This document shows, one piece after another, positions 61,327 to 64,000 of a DNA stretch of 64,000 nt (its first letter is position 1; each line of letters opens with the position of its first letter). The translations under genes and the position numbers were made by a program. The notes under the pieces are model-generated. The model saw nothing but the letters and a program-made list of their open reading frames with translations, had not been told where the DNA came from and made no database searches. Origin of the DNA: Epiperipatus broadwayi (Eukaryota; Animalia; Onychophora); contig JAQFVV010000007.1 of NCBI GenBank assembly GCA_028023455.1, positions 9,796,001 through 9,860,000 of the forward strand. The letters run 5' to 3'.

Positions 61327-63557
61327 ATGGATAATTGGTTGCAAATAGGAATTCTTAAGAACTACAACTAACTTTGAAAATCAATCTATTGAGTCACCAG
61401 AAAATACTTTGAAGTATTATGGTGATTTAGAAGCAGGTGATGTGTGTAATAATTGGTGGACCTATTATGGTAAAAGATAAAGTTAGCATTATTAAAAAAG
61501 CCCACAAATACTTGAAATATGGGTTTTCATTCATGGGAAATGCCAACAATCCAAAACTATGGTGCATTGTTTGTACAGATATTATCTAACAGTGCCATAA
61601 AACCATCTTTATTTATGTGCTATTTACAGGCAAAACATTCAATATATGTAGAAAAAGATGTTTTTTTCTTTTTTTACTATTAAGCGCCTGAATCTAACTT
61701 CTTTTGTGCTATCTGCAAACTAAGACAATGAAAATGCAGTTGAAGCATCATACAGAATAAGTTACTATATTTCTAAAAGCAGTTAAAATCATAAAATTGT
61801 TGAAAAATTGATATCTTCATATATCAAAGATACTGTTTAATGTATGTTCACTGATGACCTTGTCCGAAAAATTAACAATATTCCATTCTCAAATAATATA
61901 ATTTCTGGGAGAATTAAGGAAATATCTGACATTAGATCAACAGTAATTGAAAATAAAAGAGCTCTTCTTTACGATACAGGTGGATAAAACCACAGATGTC
62001 TCCAATTTGTCAATTTTATTATTGCAAACTATTTAAATGATAATGTTCTTGAGAAAAATCGTTATTGTGCTATCCCCGTTCAGAAAGATGCACAAGCGAG
62101 AACATATTCATGCCATTCAGGATTATTTTTATAGAAAAAGAAATTGAATGAACCAATTACTGTGGTGTTTATAGAAATGGTGGAAAATCTATGTCTGGCT
62201 TCTATACAGGCTTACTCGGTCGTATCAAAGAAATTGCTTCCCATATAGCTTGGAATCATTGCTATATACACAGACAAAGCCTTGTGACCAAATCTCCGCC
62301 ATATTCATTGATGGAGGCGCTCAGTAAATCTATAAAAGCTGTTAATTTTATTAAAATTAGTTAACAAAGTCCAGACTATTCAACTCTTTGTGTGAAAAGA
62401 TGGACGGCCTCCATAAAACATTGATTTTGCACACTGAAGTGAGGTCAGTTTAATGAGGAAAATTACTCACACGATTGTTTGAATTAAGACATGAAGTGAG
62501 TTTTTTTTTTTTTGAAGACCATTATTTTGAATTAAGGTCCAAGTTTCATGAAACTGACAACTTGTGTATTTATCTGATATTTTTTCAGAAATAAACAAAC
62601 TTAACTTAGGATTACAGAACAGTTCCATAACCATCTTTAAAATGTTTGACAAAATAGAGGCTAAGATTAAGAAATTAGATTTTCGGGAAAGTATCGATAG
62701 AACAACGTGAAGTTTTTATGACATTTCAAAGTTTCTTATCTGAGAGTGAGCTAAAATTGTCAAAAGAAGTAAAAATTAGTATAATAACTCACTTAAAAAG
62801 ACTAAACGTATCATTCATGCAATACTTTTCAAAGCAAAATAGTGAAAATAATTGGATTTCAAATTCATTCAAGGAACTTTTCAACAAGCCGGAAAATTAT
62901 CCATATCAGAAAAATTGATTGAATTTTCATCCGATTCTTCTTTACAATAAGATTTCAAAAAAAACAAAACTTCATTGATTTCTGGCCAGCAGTGAAAGAA
63001 GAGAACCCAGATCTCAGGGATAAAGCATTAAAGTATTTATTACCTTTTACAAATACACAGCTTGTTGAGTCAGTCTTAATATTTTTATTAAGAATAAACA
63101 TCATAATAAACTTAATGCAGCTCCTGATATAAAATTGTATCTGTCATCTTCAATTGAACTCGATTTCAAAAACCTCAGTTCCATGAAACAAGCTCAAAGA
63201 TAGCATTGAAATTATGAAAAAGAGCTACATTTGAAAACTTGTGTATATTAAGAAAAAATTATTGACCATTTGTATGAATTTTTATTATAAATTAATTTAA
63301 TCAAAAATTTATTTTAAAGCTTTTTTATTTGTTTTTCTTTTATAAAAAACTGAAATGAAGTGTAATATATAAAATAAAAACCAAAATTTACCATTAATTT
63401 GACTTAATTATTTAATTAAATTAAAAACATCCTAGAATATAATAATAAAAAGCATATTGTCTGTGTAGAAGAAAGGGTGGAGACCTACAAGAGGAGGAGA
63501 TACTCACAAATGAAAAACCTAGTCAAGGTGTAGCAGAAAGAAAAATGTGAACCCCTG
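61327..63557 (+). mobile_element. Decayed autonomous hAT transposon (Charlie/Buster, ZBED5/FAM200-like transposase relic); 5' TIR not found
   Basis: YLKYGF..N..PK..CIVC (BED finger), WNHCYIHRQSL (CxxH), and the W..VKEENPDL..KALKYLLPF dimerisation region. Stop near 63207. 3' end AACCCCTG at 63557 followed by CTCTAAGG. Confidence 0.85.
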
Positions 63558-63620
63558 CTCTAAGGGTTTCTCTTTAGTATTCTTAATTGTTATAATTTGT
63601 TTTACTTTAAAAAATTTCTT

Positions 63621-63726
63621 TTTTCATATGTCATAGCATCGGCGGAGACGTGAACCCACAACCGTCTGCAACCAACTACTTGCTTGCAAGGCAGCTGCGA
63701 TGACCTCTCGGCTAACAACGCTTGAC
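63621..63726 (-). mobile_element. tRNA-Gly-derived short retroposon, copy 3, with an enlarged variable region
   Basis: Minus strand GTCAAGCGTTGTTAGCCGAGAGG..GCTGC CT TGC AA GCA..GTGGGTTC..CGATGCTATGACATATGAAAA. Perfect 12-bp TSD AAAAAATTTCTT at 63609-63620 and 63727-63738. Confidence 0.75.
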
Positions 63727-64000
63727 AAAAAATTTCTTATTTATGAGAAAAAAAAATCTCACACCATCTATATAAAAGCATTTTCAGAGCAAACTAATAA
63801 CATAAATAAATATGTTTATATTCAATTTGTTTTGAAGACTGCTGGTCAGTCAAAACTGTAAAACTGGCCAAATAAAAATAAAATAAAGCAATGTAAAAGG
63901 GATTAAAGAAAGGAGGATTTATTTGTTTTATAAAATTAATTAATGCATACAGAAGATAAAATGTGAAAGAAGAATAAAATACTTCATAAACTAAATGACA

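Overview
Strongly AT-rich eukaryotic genomic DNA, most likely from an invertebrate animal (inferred from the TE content). It is dominated by decayed transposable elements, and no intact, nameable host gene was found. Recognisable elements: four copies of one RTE-clade LINE (1-2946, 15804-17993, 29654-32351, 34345-35506); one near full-length L1/Tx1-type LINE (about 51165-58355) interrupted by a hAT MITE; two Penelope-like (GIY-YIG) relics with inverted terminal duplications; a decayed hAT (Charlie/Buster-type) transposase and several hAT MITEs with 8-bp NNNTANNN target duplications; three tRNA-Gly-derived short retroposons; and several foldback and tandem repeats. The most striking unannotated signal is seven minimal hammerhead-ribozyme-like motifs. 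Four belong to one dispersed repeat family whose stem II shows compensatory changes. Two sit at the centre of about 210-230 bp foldback elements that look like MITEs but share the 'inverted tail - hammerhead - tail' layout of the Penelope relics. A few small candidate minus-strand host exons are given at low confidence. All alignments and structures were done by eye.
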